Positions 39,133-49,184 of a stretch of DNA of 64,000 nt are shown here, in pieces. This DNA is from an uncultured Gammaproteobacteria bacterium (lineage in GTDB: Bacteria > Pseudomonadota > Gammaproteobacteria > SZUA-229). Location: NCBI GenBank assembly GCA_913065105.1, contig CAJXZZ010000001.1, positions 95,198 through 159,197 on the forward strand. The letters are read 5' to 3'. A model generated the notes under the pieces. It was not told where the DNA came from. It worked only from the letters and a program-made list of their open reading frames with translations, and ran no database searches. A program made the translations under genes and the position numbers. Position 1 is the stretch's first letter; every line of letters starts with the position of its first letter.

Positions 39133-42099
39133 TTATAGATGCACGACTTCTAGACCCAGGTCACCGATCTCAGCATGTATAGCAGCACTTGTTATCACAG
39201 CGACACTAGCCTCACCATTTTTCAGATACGTTTCAGTCACACGTTTTAAATCATCCAGGCTAACTGCAAGTATATTTTTACGGAACTGCTGTAACTTTTC
39301 TCTGGTTCTACCGTGCAGGCCATCATGAAATGCTGATTTTGCTTCACCTGCGGGCGAACCTGGCTTATCCATACTACCGATGACGCCTAGAATCGCTTCT
39401 TCTAGCTGATACTCTTCATGTTGATTCTCAAGCATCCAGTCGATCGCTTTATCAAAATCTATTAGTGTTTCAGCAAGGCGCGGATCACGATATGAATAAA
39501 ATTTAAATGCTGCAACATTTGCATCTTGCGTTGCACCACCACCATAAGCACCACCCTGTTCACGGATGGCAGTATGCAGATAACCATTTCTTAAAAAACC
39601 ACCAAGTACCGATAAAGCAGCAGAGTCAGCATGTTCCATGGTGACCGTAGGGTAAGCTTTTGCGCAAAAATTAACCTGCGTATTGGCGATCCACATCTGC
39701 CTGGTCTGTTGTTTTATTTCAGGTAATGTAAAAGCATCATGAGGAGTACTTTCAGTTTTCTGCCACACCGCATCAAATTCCGCTATCGATTCATCAACCT
39801 TATCCGCTTCAAGCGTCAACATATAAGATTTAGCTACCGCTTTAATTTTTTCGTGGATGGAAGCAAATAATTTTGCGGTTTGTTTGATCGAAAGCGGCTC
39901 TTTATGAGAATCATCCAGTGTTTTGATTGCTTTAATTCCAGCAAGGCCACCAAATTTATGGTTGAGTGAAGCCATCGGGCTTAGACCACTCGCGGCGGCT
40001 GTCATTGCCAGGGTATGACCGCTGCCCGTGACACTACGCTCACGACGGGTACGCATCTGTGTGATCAGTTCGGCAATGCGTTCTTCTTCATCAAAACGAA
40101 CATTATTAATTGTCTGCCACATTAACTCTGCTAGTTTCTTATTATTTCTCTGCAATGCTTTGCCACTAAATAGATAATAAGCACGTAATTTCTGGGCATT
40201 ATCAGTAAAGCCACGGATGCTCTGCTGTGCATGAATACCACCGCTTACACTAGATTGCCATTCCTGCATCTGCAGATAATCTTTGTCGCCACAACCAAGT
40301 TCGGCTAGACAAGATGAATAGTATGGCAGTACCGCCAGCTCATCGTCACTCAAGGCCGGTAATAAACAATTTATTTCATGATAAACGAGGCCGTTAGTTC
40401 CCTGTTTATAAACTGTTGAATCAGTTCCTGCTATCGTCAGCTTTGTGGCATGTGGTATTTTTACTTCAGCAGGAACATCGTCAAGTCCAACCTTCGGTAA
40501 CAACTCAGGGTCGTCTTCCTGCGTCTGGCGTTCAGCTAAAGCTTTTGCACGTTGAATGATTGACTGCTTTTCGTCTTCACTCATCGCAGCATTGATTGCT
40601 GCAAGCTGTGTTTTCTCGGCAAGTTCTTTACGCTGACTTAAGTTTTCATCAGGACGCAGAGTAAGACGGACACGATGTTGATTGTCGAGTAACAATTCAG
40701 ACACGAGGTTTTTTATGAAATCAGGATCTTTGATATCTTCACGTAATGCGTCAATAACAGGATCGAGATTAAGTAACGATGCTGGATCGCTTCGATGGAT
40801 CGCAGCCGTTAATCCGTTCAGTATTAACTGTAAACCAAAGGGATAACTGTCACCGCCTACTTCTCGTTGACTTAACTCCAGCTGATGTAATACTGCTTCA
40901 AGTTTTTCATGCGGTATGCCGTCACTGGCGACATTATTTAATACGTCTAAAACAAGCTTTTCGAATGCCTGTGCACTTTCAACCTTACTGCCTTCGATGC
41001 CACATAAAAAACACATCTCATAATTAGAATCTTCCAGCCCGCATAACGGTGAAGGAGCGGCACCTAAATCTGATGTTTCCAGTGCCTGACGTAACGGCGA
41101 TGAACTGTTATCTAATAAAACCTGTGATAACAGGTTAGCTTTCATCATGTCGTTAAGTGAAGTACACGGCCCAAGTAACCAGCTCATCACATGATGTGTT
41201 TTATCCTCAGTACTCTCTTCGCCGACGACATCGTAGGCATAAGCTTCTTCTATTACCACGGGCGCTAAATAACGTTTTTCTGGTTTTACAGAAATCTCTA
41301 CATCGAGTTTTTCGAAATGACTTAACGCCTGATCTTCGAACTTCTGCTGATGCTCAAACACAGGTACATCGCCAAAAGTCATAAATATTGCATTACTTGG
41401 ATGATAATGCATTTTATGAAAATCTTTTAACTGCTGGTAACTTAAGTCAGGGATATCCTGTGGTTCGCCACCACTATTATAGTGATAGGTAGATGTTGGA
41501 TACAGATATTTACTTACTTCCTGCCACAACACACTGACAGGCGAACTCATCGCGCCCTTCATCTCATTGAATACGACACCTTTGTATTCGAGTTCACTCG
41601 CTGCATTGTTAGCTTCTTTGAATTCGACGCGATGTCCTTCCTGTAAAAAATCCAGCTCATCAAGACGGGTAAAAAATACCGCATCAAGATAGACATCCAG
41701 TAAGTTATTAAAATCTTTTTTGTTCTGGCTGGCAAAGGGATAAGCGGTCCAGTCACTGCTGGTAAATGCGTTCATAAATGTGTTTAGTGAACGACGTATC
41801 ATCATAAAAAAGGGATCGCGCACCGGATACTTTTTACTGCCGCACAACGCTGTATGTTCGAGAATATGTGCAACACCTGTAGAATCCATCGGCACCGTTC
41901 TAAACGCAACCAGAAATACATTTTCTATATTTTCAGCTTCCATATGATAGTGCAAGGCACCAGTTTTTATATGCTGAAATTCCTGCAGGGTTAAATTCAG
42001 TGAGTCAATACGTTCACTACGCACCCACCTAAATGAGGGGTGATGATTAACAGCCTGCTCAGTATTGATTTCGCTTGTTACTGGATTAGTTGATGACAT
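39133..42099 (-). CDS. M16C-family zinc metallopeptidase (presequence protease/PreP-like)
   Basis: TGVAHILEH (HxxEH), RDPFF.M, MNAFT..D.T.YP, GVVFNEMKG, IREQGGAYGG, YSYRDP. Confidence 0.93.
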   Translation of the reverse strand: MSSTNPVTSEINTEQAVNHHPSFRWVRSERIDSLNLTLQEFQHIKTGALHYHMEAENIENVFLVAFRTVPMDSTGVAHILEHTALCGSKKYPVRDPFFMMIRRSLNTFMNAFTSSDWTAYPFASQNKKDFNNLLDVYLDAVFFTRLDELDFLQEGHRVEFKEANNAASELEYKGVVFNEMKGAMSSPVSVLWQEVSKYLYPTSTYHYNSGGEPQDIPDLSYQQLKDFHKMHYHPSNAIFMTFGDVPVFEHQQKFEDQALSHFEKLDVEISVKPEKRYLAPVVIEEAYAYDVVGEESTEDKTHHVMSWLLGPCTSLNDMMKANLLSQVLLDNSSSPLRQALETSDLGAAPSPLCGLEDSNYEMCFLCGIEGSKVESAQAFEKLVLDVLNNVASDGIPHEKLEAVLHQLELSQREVGGDSYPFGLQLILNGLTAAIHRSDPASLLNLDPVIDALREDIKDPDFIKNLVSELLLDNQHRVRLTLRPDENLSQRKELAEKTQLAAINAAMSEDEKQSIIQRAKALAERQTQEDDPELLPKVGLDDVPAEVKIPHATKLTIAGTDSTVYKQGTNGLVYHEINCLLPALSDDELAVLPYYSSCLAELGCGDKDYLQMQEWQSSVSGGIHAQQSIRGFTDNAQKLRAYYLFSGKALQRNNKKLAELMWQTINNVRFDEEERIAELITQMRTRRERSVTGSGHTLAMTAAASGLSPMASLNHKFGGLAGIKAIKTLDDSHKEPLSIKQTAKLFASIHEKIKAVAKSYMLTLEADKVDESIAEFDAVWQKTESTPHDAFTLPEIKQQTRQMWIANTQVNFCAKAYPTVTMEHADSAALSVLGGFLRNGYLHTAIREQGGAYGGGATQDANVAAFKFYSYRDPRLAETLIDFDKAIDWMLENQHEEYQLEEAILGVIGSMDKPGSPAGEAKSAFHDGLHGRTREKLQQFRKNILAVSLDDLKRVTETYLKNGEASVAVITSAAIHAEIGDLGLEVVHL

Positions 42100-42157
42100 A
42101 AATTTTATAACTCTCTGAAATGCTTCTCAGCTTAAGATGCACTGTTAATTTGTATGT

Positions 42158-42850
42158 TTATTTTTTTTGGTTGTTACGTGTTAGTTTATATACCGTTTCT
42201 ACCAGTGACGTTAAACCTCGACCTTTCATCCTGGGCTCATCATCGATGGTGTCTTTAAAACACAACTTTTCGATAGAAAAGTAATCCGCATACAAATCAT
42301 TGACCTGGTCTTCTGACACAGAAAACGGTGGGCCGTTCATTTGACTTTGATCATAGCTAAGCGTGACTAATAATGTGCGGATACCGGGATTCTGTAACTC
42401 GGCCATTTTTTCAGCATATCGTTTACGCATCTCCACTGGCAGCGCCACCAGGGATGCTCTGTCAAAAATGTCAGTCATATTATCCAGGTCATTTTTCTGT
42501 AAAGAGAAAAAATCACCCTGAAATATTTCAATAACGGAAGCCTGATCACTTGTCTGGTAGAAGCTGTGCTCATCCTTTTCTGCATGTTTGTAATTTAATG
42601 CGTTTTCTTCAAAAAAATCCTTCACCGCACGTTCACTACACTCTACGCCAAACACCTTATAGCCATTTTGTGACAACCAGAGCATGTCCCTGCTCTTTCC
42701 GCACAGCGGCACAAAAACTTTCAACTTTTCTCGCTGCTCAGCGGCAGGTCCCTTATCACCATAAAAATACGCAAGATACGGGTTCATAGTCTGCTGATGA
42801 AATCCTATTTCATTTTTGCTCCAGCGTTCTAACCAAAAATCAATTTCCAT
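42158..42850 (-). CDS. tpm: Thiopurine S-methyltransferase family
   Basis: FWLERW...IGFHQ, VFVPLCGKSRDMLWL, QGDFF, DRASLVALP, GPPFSV. Confidence 0.92.
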   Translation of the reverse strand: MEIDFWLERWSKNEIGFHQQTMNPYLAYFYGDKGPAAEQREKLKVFVPLCGKSRDMLWLSQNGYKVFGVECSERAVKDFFEENALNYKHAEKDEHSFYQTSDQASVIEIFQGDFFSLQKNDLDNMTDIFDRASLVALPVEMRKRYAEKMAELQNPGIRTLLVTLSYDQSQMNGPPFSVSEDQVNDLYADYFSIEKLCFKDTIDDEPRMKGRGLTSLVETVYKLTRNNQKK

Positions 42851-42881
42851 AATGATTATTTAATAAGGCAGATAAACACTA

Positions 42882-43157
42882 TTAGCTATCACCCGGTTTC
42901 CAGACACCAAAAGCATCTTCAGCCGGTTTCATGTCCTGTTCCACCTGATCGAGTACCTGCCCCATAAAATGTGATAAATCACCCAGTAGTCCTTTTTTAT
43001 CGACACCGGCCTGATCTTGATGTGCCAGAACATAACCTGTTACGGCAGATAAATACTGCATAAAATATAAATCGTTATCGGCTGCAGGGTCATGTTTTGC
43101 AATAACAGCTTTAATGTCTGAAATCATCTCAGACGACAATTGAATACCACCACTCAT
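42882..43157 (-). CDS. Small acidic hypothetical protein
   Basis: Open frame with helical pattern ending AFGVWKPGDS; start set at 43157 (ORF track 43196). Confidence 0.7.
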   Translation of the reverse strand: MSGGIQLSSEMISDIKAVIAKHDPAADNDLYFMQYLSAVTGYVLAHQDQAGVDKKGLLGDLSHFMGQVLDQVEQDMKPAEDAFGVWKPGDS

Positions 43158-43248
43158 AGTGTTTGTTCCTGTATGTGTAATTGAATTTCGCGTCAAATTA
43201 TAATGGTGGTAGTCTAAGCTATTTCAAGGTCACCGAACAGGACAAGCC

Positions 43249-43560
43249 ATGTATAAAATCTGTGTATATGTCCCTGAAAACTCTGTGGAAAAAGTCAAAC
43301 AGGCACTGTTTGACGTGGGCGCAGGCCGAATGGGTGACTATGATAGTTGTTGCTGGCAAACTGCTGGCAGTGGGCAGTTTCGGCCTTTAGAAGGCAGTAA
43401 TCCTGCGATTGGTTCACTTGATGAGGTTGAATCTGTGCGTGAGGTTAAGATTGAGCTGGTCTGTGAGGATGATTTAGTGAAAGTAGCCGTTCAGGCGATT
43501 AGAGATAGTCATCCTTATGAGGTACCGGCGTTTGATGTATGGAAGTTAGCTGAGTTTTGA
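43249..43560 (+). CDS. NIF3/YqfO-like small protein (PII/CutA-like fold)
   Basis: MYKICVYVP, KQALFDVGAG..G.YDSCCWQ..G.GQFRP..GSNP.IG, HPYEVPAF. Confidence 0.85.
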   Translation: MYKICVYVPENSVEKVKQALFDVGAGRMGDYDSCCWQTAGSGQFRPLEGSNPAIGSLDEVESVREVKIELVCEDDLVKVAVQAIRDSHPYEVPAFDVWKLAEF

Positions 43561-43627
43561 TTTGCTGGTTTCACGTTTCAATGCTCCCGTGGAATACATA
43601 GTTTCTTAGTTTTGTTGTTTTAAAATT

Positions 43628-43691
43628 ACTCGTTACTTTTAATTAGGCATTGCGGGTCTCGCCCCGCAATGCCTAATTAAAAGTAACGAGT
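43628..43691. repeat. Perfect 29-bp palindrome (REP-like) between convergent genes
   Basis: ACTCGTTACTTTTAATTAGGCATTGCGGG-TCTCGC-CCCGCAATGCCTAATTAAAAGTAACGAGT. Confidence 0.9.
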
Positions 43692-43742
43692 TAATACTAT
43701 GAAAAAATTCCCACACGATCCGTGGGAAGGATATAAGAAAAA

Positions 43743-44513
43743 CTACCGAATCCAGCCGCGTTCACTGGCATCAAGAAAATCCATCATCATCCGAACGTTT
43801 TTGTCCCGCCCGGCTAACTCCTCTACCTTTTCCAGTGCTACTTTATGTGAACAACTGGATTTGATCAGAAGTTTAAAAGCCTCTTGCAATGCACGAATCG
43901 TTTCAGGCGAAAAATCACGGCGTTTCAGGCCTTCTTTATTGATGCCTATCGCACGTGCCCGGTTTCCCGCTACCGTAAAAAAAGGTAATACATCACGATC
44001 AATTGCAGTAGAAAAACCGGTGAAAGCATGCGCGCCAATCCTGGTAAATTGATGCACCGTAGTATAACCGCCGAGAATGACATGATCTTCAACCACAACG
44101 TGGCCGGCTAATGCCGTGGCATTTGCTAAGATGATGTGATTACCTAATATACAGTCGTGAGCGACATGACTGCTTGCCATAAATAAATTATCGTTACCGA
44201 TCCGTGTTACACCGCCACCACCTGGGGTACCACGATGTAATGTTACATATTCACGAATAGTATTTCGATCACCGATGACGAGTTCTGTCGGCTCATCATT
44301 GAACTTTAAATCCTGAGGTTTTTCACCGACTGAAGCAAACTGAAAGATGCGGTTATCCTTACCAATTTTTGTCGGGCCATTGATGACCACATGTGATGCC
44401 ACGGTTGTTCCTGAACCTATTTCGACATCTGCACCAATAACAGTAAATGGACCTATACTGACATCATCTGCAATTTTTGCAGTTGGATCTATAATCGCCT
44501 GAGGATGGATCAT
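43743..44513 (-). CDS. lpxA: UDP-N-acetylglucosamine O-acyltransferase
   Basis: MIHPQAIIDP, hexapeptide repeats, PQDLKF, IREYVTLHRGT, HVAHDC. Confidence 0.98.
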   Translation of the reverse strand: MIHPQAIIDPTAKIADDVSIGPFTVIGADVEIGSGTTVASHVVINGPTKIGKDNRIFQFASVGEKPQDLKFNDEPTELVIGDRNTIREYVTLHRGTPGGGGVTRIGNDNLFMASSHVAHDCILGNHIILANATALAGHVVVEDHVILGGYTTVHQFTRIGAHAFTGFSTAIDRDVLPFFTVAGNRARAIGINKEGLKRRDFSPETIRALQEAFKLLIKSSCSHKVALEKVEELAGRDKNVRMMMDFLDASERGWIR

Positions 44514-44532
44514 AAGATGGCTCTAATCGTCG

Positions 44533-44982
44533 TTATTCATCTTTGGGTTTGGCCGCGCACAACATATCAGCCGCCGTACACAATTCACCATTAACACTTG
44601 CTTCACAGGAAAACTTCCAGATCACCTTTGAGCGACGTACCACTTTAACTTTTAACATCAACTGGTCACCAGGCACTACCTGACGTTTAAAGCGGACGTT
44701 ATCAACACCGACAAGCATATAAAGAACATCATCTCTAGGCTCTTCACTCATGGTACGAAAACCTAATAATCCGGTCGCTTGAGCAAGTGCTTCGATAATC
44801 AATACGCCAGGCATTAAAGCCTGTTCTGGAAAATGGCCGGTAAAGTGAGGTTCATTGATCGACACATTTTTGATCGCCGTTAAACTTTCGCCAGGAACAC
44901 ACTCTAATACACGATCCACAAGTAGAAAAGGATAACGGTGTGGCAGAAACCTTCTTATTTCTTCGATGTACATCTCACTCAA
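44533..44982 (-). CDS. fabZ: 3-hydroxyacyl-ACP dehydratase
   Basis: LPHRYPFLLVDRV, KNVSINEPHFTGHFP, PGVLIIEALAQ. Confidence 0.98.
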   Translation of the reverse strand: MSEMYIEEIRRFLPHRYPFLLVDRVLECVPGESLTAIKNVSINEPHFTGHFPEQALMPGVLIIEALAQATGLLGFRTMSEEPRDDVLYMLVGVDNVRFKRQVVPGDQLMLKVKVVRRSKVIWKFSCEASVNGELCTAADMLCAAKPKDE

Positions 44983-45080
44983 TGGATCTCTCCTGTTCTC
45001 TTAACAGACATATTTTACTGAATACACAACCCAGTAGGTTTATTTAAAGACACTATAAAAACCATAGTCACGCGATAGTT

Positions 45081-46097
45081 TTATTTTTGCTGGGCATCTT
45101 TTTCCAGTTTTTTTACTCGTTTATCTAGTTCATTGAGACGTTTAAACCGCAGGGCATTTTTTCTCCAATTGCTCGTCGTATCAACTAACATACCGGATGA
45201 ATATGAGCCTGGTTCTGTTAACGATGATTGCACAACAGTTCTACCCGTTAACATCACATTATCGACAATTTCTATATTATCGCGAATAGAAACGACACCG
45301 CCGATCAAGCAGTATTCACCGATTTTTGTTGAGCCGGCCACACCTGACTGTGCAGATATTATTGTATGTCTGCCAATCACGACGTTATGTCCAATCTGCA
45401 CGAGATTATCGATTTTTACGCCATCGCCAATAACCGTATCATGCAAAGCGCCACGGTCGACGGTTGAATTAGCCCCGATTTCGACATCATTGCCTATGCG
45501 AACATTACCTATCTGTGGCACTTTCAGATAAGCCTCACCATCTCTTTCATAACCGAAACCGTCCGCACCGATAACAACCCCAGAGAAAAATATGCAATTA
45601 TGGCCGATATGGGTATTTCGCCCTATCGATACATTAGGATGTATCACTGTATGATCACCAATTGTCACATCACTTGAGATAACACAGCCCGCACCGATCT
45701 GTGTGTTCTCACCCAGGATAACACCAGACTCGATGACAACATTCGGCCCTACATACGCAGACGCAGGTACGGTTACACCTTCAGCAATAACAGCCCCTTT
45801 AGCGACACCGCTTTGATTTCTTTTTTCTGGATTTAATAACCGAGTTGCCTTAACAAACGCAAGTCGCGGGTTTTGTGCAACCAGTGCCGGTTTGTCGCAA
45901 TCTTTCAACCACTCTTCTTTAATTATAATTGCAGAAGCATTGGTTGTTGCCAGTCTATCAAGATATCTTGGATTATAAATAAATGCCAACTGCCCTGCTT
46001 CAGCATCGTTAATATCTGCAACATTCTCAATTAAACAATCTTCGCCTAATAAACGACAGTTTATTTTTTCTGCAAGCTCAGAAAGTTTTATTGACAT
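45081..46097 (-). CDS. lpxD: UDP-3-O-(3-hydroxyacyl)glucosamine N-acyltransferase
   Basis: Hexapeptide repeats; [25 protein letters not shown]. Confidence 0.98.
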   Translation of the reverse strand: MSIKLSELAEKINCRLLGEDCLIENVADINDAEAGQLAFIYNPRYLDRLATTNASAIIIKEEWLKDCDKPALVAQNPRLAFVKATRLLNPEKRNQSGVAKGAVIAEGVTVPASAYVGPNVVIESGVILGENTQIGAGCVISSDVTIGDHTVIHPNVSIGRNTHIGHNCIFFSGVVIGADGFGYERDGEAYLKVPQIGNVRIGNDVEIGANSTVDRGALHDTVIGDGVKIDNLVQIGHNVVIGRHTIISAQSGVAGSTKIGEYCLIGGVVSIRDNIEIVDNVMLTGRTVVQSSLTEPGSYSSGMLVDTTSNWRKNALRFKRLNELDKRVKKLEKDAQQK

Positions 46098-46119
46098 AAA
46101 GACTGATTTTTTAAACTAT

Positions 46120-46635
46120 TTATTTTTTCTTCTTGAATGCAGCTTTCATTCTATCAAGTACTTTATCGGTAATATCCAGCTTGTCATCAGCGTAGGCAAC
46201 GCCTTCACTCAATATCAGGCTGTATTTATCTTTTTTAGCGATATCATCAATAATGCCTCTCACCTGCTGCTGCAATACTGCCAGTTCCTGATTCCTGACC
46301 GTAGTCACTTCCTGCGTTAAAACTGATTCTCTTTGTTTCAGCAACTGTATTTTCCCGATGATCTCTTTCTTCAGATCATTTAATTTATCTTCTGTCATCA
46401 CCAGTTCGTTGCGTTTGTAGTTTTCCTGCATCTTGGTGATTTCTTTTTCTAAATTTTTCAGCTCATCACGCTGCGGGCCAAATCGTTCCAGCATGGTGGT
46501 ATTAACCGCATCGACCTGAGGTGCTTCGGTTAAAATTCTTTCAACACTTACCACGCCAACTTTCAACTCTGCCGCAATAACATTTGTTGATACCAGACCT
46601 GCTAACAATACTAAACTAATAACTAACTTTTTCAC
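46120..46635 (-). CDS. skp: Periplasmic chaperone Skp/OmpH
   Basis: Signal peptide, KVGVVSVERIL, coiled coil, DITDKVL; GTG start with AGGAGA RBS; between bamA and lpxD. Confidence 0.93.
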   Translation of the reverse strand: MKKLVISLVLLAGLVSTNVIAAELKVGVVSVERILTEAPQVDAVNTTMLERFGPQRDELKNLEKEITKMQENYKRNELVMTEDKLNDLKKEIIGKIQLLKQRESVLTQEVTTVRNQELAVLQQQVRGIIDDIAKKDKYSLILSEGVAYADDKLDITDKVLDRMKAAFKKKK

Positions 46636-46647
46636 TTTATTTTCTCC

Positions 46648-49008
46648 TTAGAAGAATGAACCAATACTAAACTGGAATGATCGCAGATCATCGCCGCGAA
46701 TATAAACACCGTCTTCATCAGTGGTGCCAGGCACTGCGTTAATTGTCTCAGCATAACTGAAGCGTAATGGACCGATCGGTGAGATCCACACCAACGATAA
46801 ACCATACGCGCTTCGTAACTGATCTGCCTGGAACCCATTTGTGCCTAAAGGCGCATCAAAGGTATTAAAATTGTTCAAAAACACATTACCTATATCAACA
46901 AAGGCGCTTAAGCGTACCGAACTTGGCGGTTTCTCGATAAATGGTATAGGAAATATGTAGTCTGCGCCAGCGGTAACACGCATATTACCACCAACTGCAA
47001 AATCAGACTCTGGATCCCTTGGGCCTAAGGAATTTGATTCGTAACCACGAACGGTGCGAATACCACCGGCAAAATACCGCTCGTAAAACGGCAGAGACTC
47101 AGTATCGCCATAACCATCACCATAAGCGAGGTTTGAACGCAATAATAAGGTTGTTGCACTGGTCACGCCAATATAAGTATTGGTTATATAACTCGCTTTG
47201 TAGTATTCCAGGTCACTGCCCGGAAATGTCATATTCATACCAAATGTCTGCTGCGAACCTGCGCTAGCAAACACGGTACGGTTCCTGGTATCGTGAGAGA
47301 AACTTGCATTTAACGTCAGGCTGGTAAATGATGATTGACCATTATTATCTTCCAAAAATTTTTCAACATCCGCAGAAGGGTTAACCGATGAAGGCAGGAT
47401 TTTGATATAACTTAACCCATATCCCAGTCCAAGAGTGTTGAATTCAGATAATGGCACACCATAATTAATCGCAAGATCGCCTGAATTTGTCTGGTAATTA
47501 TTGATCTGTTCTTCTGCAGCATCCCTTTCGCGGAATGAAACACTCACCGTCCGACTGATACCATCGATAGTGTAATAAGGATTGGTATAAGCCGCACTAT
47601 AGATAGTATTAGCACGGTCTGTATTAATATTTAAGGAAAGACGTTTACCGGTACCAAATAAATTTTCCTGTGTCAGGCCAATATTAAACAGCAAACCTTG
47701 AGTTTGTGAGAAACCCGCACCGATATTAAAACTGCCCGCCAGTTTTTCTACAATCTCTGCTTTTATATCTACCTGATTACTTGCTCCGGGTACTGGCGTT
47801 GTAGTGAGATTAATACTTTCTACAAATGGAAGACGTTGGATACGCGTTTTAGAACGTTCGAGCAGATCACTCGCCAGCACCGACCCTTCCATCAAACGCA
47901 TCTCACGTCTGAAGACCTGGTCTTGTGTACTGTCGTTACCATGAATATTGATACGACGGACATACACTTTTTCACCAGGGATAGCGTGATAGGTCAAAGC
48001 CACTTTTTTATCCACGTCATCGATTACTGGAGTAACTTTAACTTCAGAAAAAGCATATCCGATTCGACCCATCTGATTTTCCAGACGTTTTTTGCTGGTG
48101 GTCAACAAACTACGTGAAAAATACATGCCCTGTCTCGTCAATATCTGCGATTCCATGGTCTGACGATTCACTACCAGCTCGCCCGTTAAATCTGATGAGG
48201 AAATTTTATAACGACTACCTTCTGATACATTTATCGTTATGTAGATGTCCTGTTTATCCGGTGTTAAAGATACCTGTGTCGATTCGATAGAGAATCTTAT
48301 ATAACCCCGGTCAAGGTAATAAGAACGAATCTTTTCCAGATCACCATTAAGTTTAGGTTTTGAGTATTCATCTATTGAAGAAAATAGTGCCCATGCTGAT
48401 GGCACGCCAGAGTCCAGTTCATCAAGTAAGTCATCATCATCATAAACATCATTACCAACGATATTTATATGTTTGATCAGCGCCACCTGACCTTCCGAAA
48501 TGGTCATTTCAATATCAACTCTGTTTTGGTCGAGATCAGTAACTTCTGATGCAATTTTTACACCGTATTTACCCTGACTGAAGTAAACACGCTCCAGTTC
48601 AAGCGTTAGCTTTTCAAGCAAGGAACGGTTATAAATTTGTCCGCGCGTTACACCAATCTCGAGCAGAGCACCTTTTAATGCATCGTCATCAACATCAGAA
48701 TTACCTGAAAATTTCACATCAGAAATTGAAGGTCTCTCTTTGACACGAATCACCAAAACATCGTCATCACGAAAAAATTTTACATCCGCAAAAAATCCCG
48801 TTTTATATAATTCACTAATTGCATAGGTTATCTGATTATCATCAACCGGATCACCCACTACGATAGGTAGATAATTTAATAAAGTTCCATCAGGTAGTCG
48901 TTGAAGACCTTCGATCTTTATCTCACTAACGGTAAATGAGTCAGCATAGGCAGACACAATGCAGGCGCTGTTAAGAAAAACAATAAATAATAAACGGATG
49001 AATGACAT
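46648..49008 (-). CDS. bamA: Outer membrane protein assembly factor BamA
   Basis: POTRA repeats (IKIEGLQR..., YFSQGKY), YTNPYYTIDG, GGIRTVRGY, GPLRFSYA, FQFSIG C-terminus. Confidence 0.97.
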   Translation of the reverse strand: MSFIRLLFIVFLNSACIVSAYADSFTVSEIKIEGLQRLPDGTLLNYLPIVVGDPVDDNQITYAISELYKTGFFADVKFFRDDDVLVIRVKERPSISDVKFSGNSDVDDDALKGALLEIGVTRGQIYNRSLLEKLTLELERVYFSQGKYGVKIASEVTDLDQNRVDIEMTISEGQVALIKHINIVGNDVYDDDDLLDELDSGVPSAWALFSSIDEYSKPKLNGDLEKIRSYYLDRGYIRFSIESTQVSLTPDKQDIYITINVSEGSRYKISSSDLTGELVVNRQTMESQILTRQGMYFSRSLLTTSKKRLENQMGRIGYAFSEVKVTPVIDDVDKKVALTYHAIPGEKVYVRRINIHGNDSTQDQVFRREMRLMEGSVLASDLLERSKTRIQRLPFVESINLTTTPVPGASNQVDIKAEIVEKLAGSFNIGAGFSQTQGLLFNIGLTQENLFGTGKRLSLNINTDRANTIYSAAYTNPYYTIDGISRTVSVSFRERDAAEEQINNYQTNSGDLAINYGVPLSEFNTLGLGYGLSYIKILPSSVNPSADVEKFLEDNNGQSSFTSLTLNASFSHDTRNRTVFASAGSQQTFGMNMTFPGSDLEYYKASYITNTYIGVTSATTLLLRSNLAYGDGYGDTESLPFYERYFAGGIRTVRGYESNSLGPRDPESDFAVGGNMRVTAGADYIFPIPFIEKPPSSVRLSAFVDIGNVFLNNFNTFDAPLGTNGFQADQLRSAYGLSLVWISPIGPLRFSYAETINAVPGTTDEDGVYIRGDDLRSFQFSIGSFF

Positions 49009-49184
49009 ACAGCTATGAATCTCTAATTAGTTCTGAGTCACTCAGATGCAAAATGAAAATTGTACAAACCAAAGCGAGAATCACTGTGAATAATTTTTTT
49101 ATTCATCATGTTCTCAGCGATACGTTGAAGTGTTTTGACAGCTAGATATTTATTCATGAATTGGTTGCAGATCTCGTTACCTGG

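Noticed and set aside
37159-42099. PQQ or classical RiPP cluster (radical SAM plus M16 peptidase)
   Set aside because: No pqqA/B/C/D, no SPASM or RRE domain recognised, no evident precursor peptide, and the peptidase is a single-chain M16C type rather than PqqF.
43699-44052. 117-aa plus-strand ORF starting in the palindrome cluster
   Set aside because: Almost entirely antisense to lpxA.
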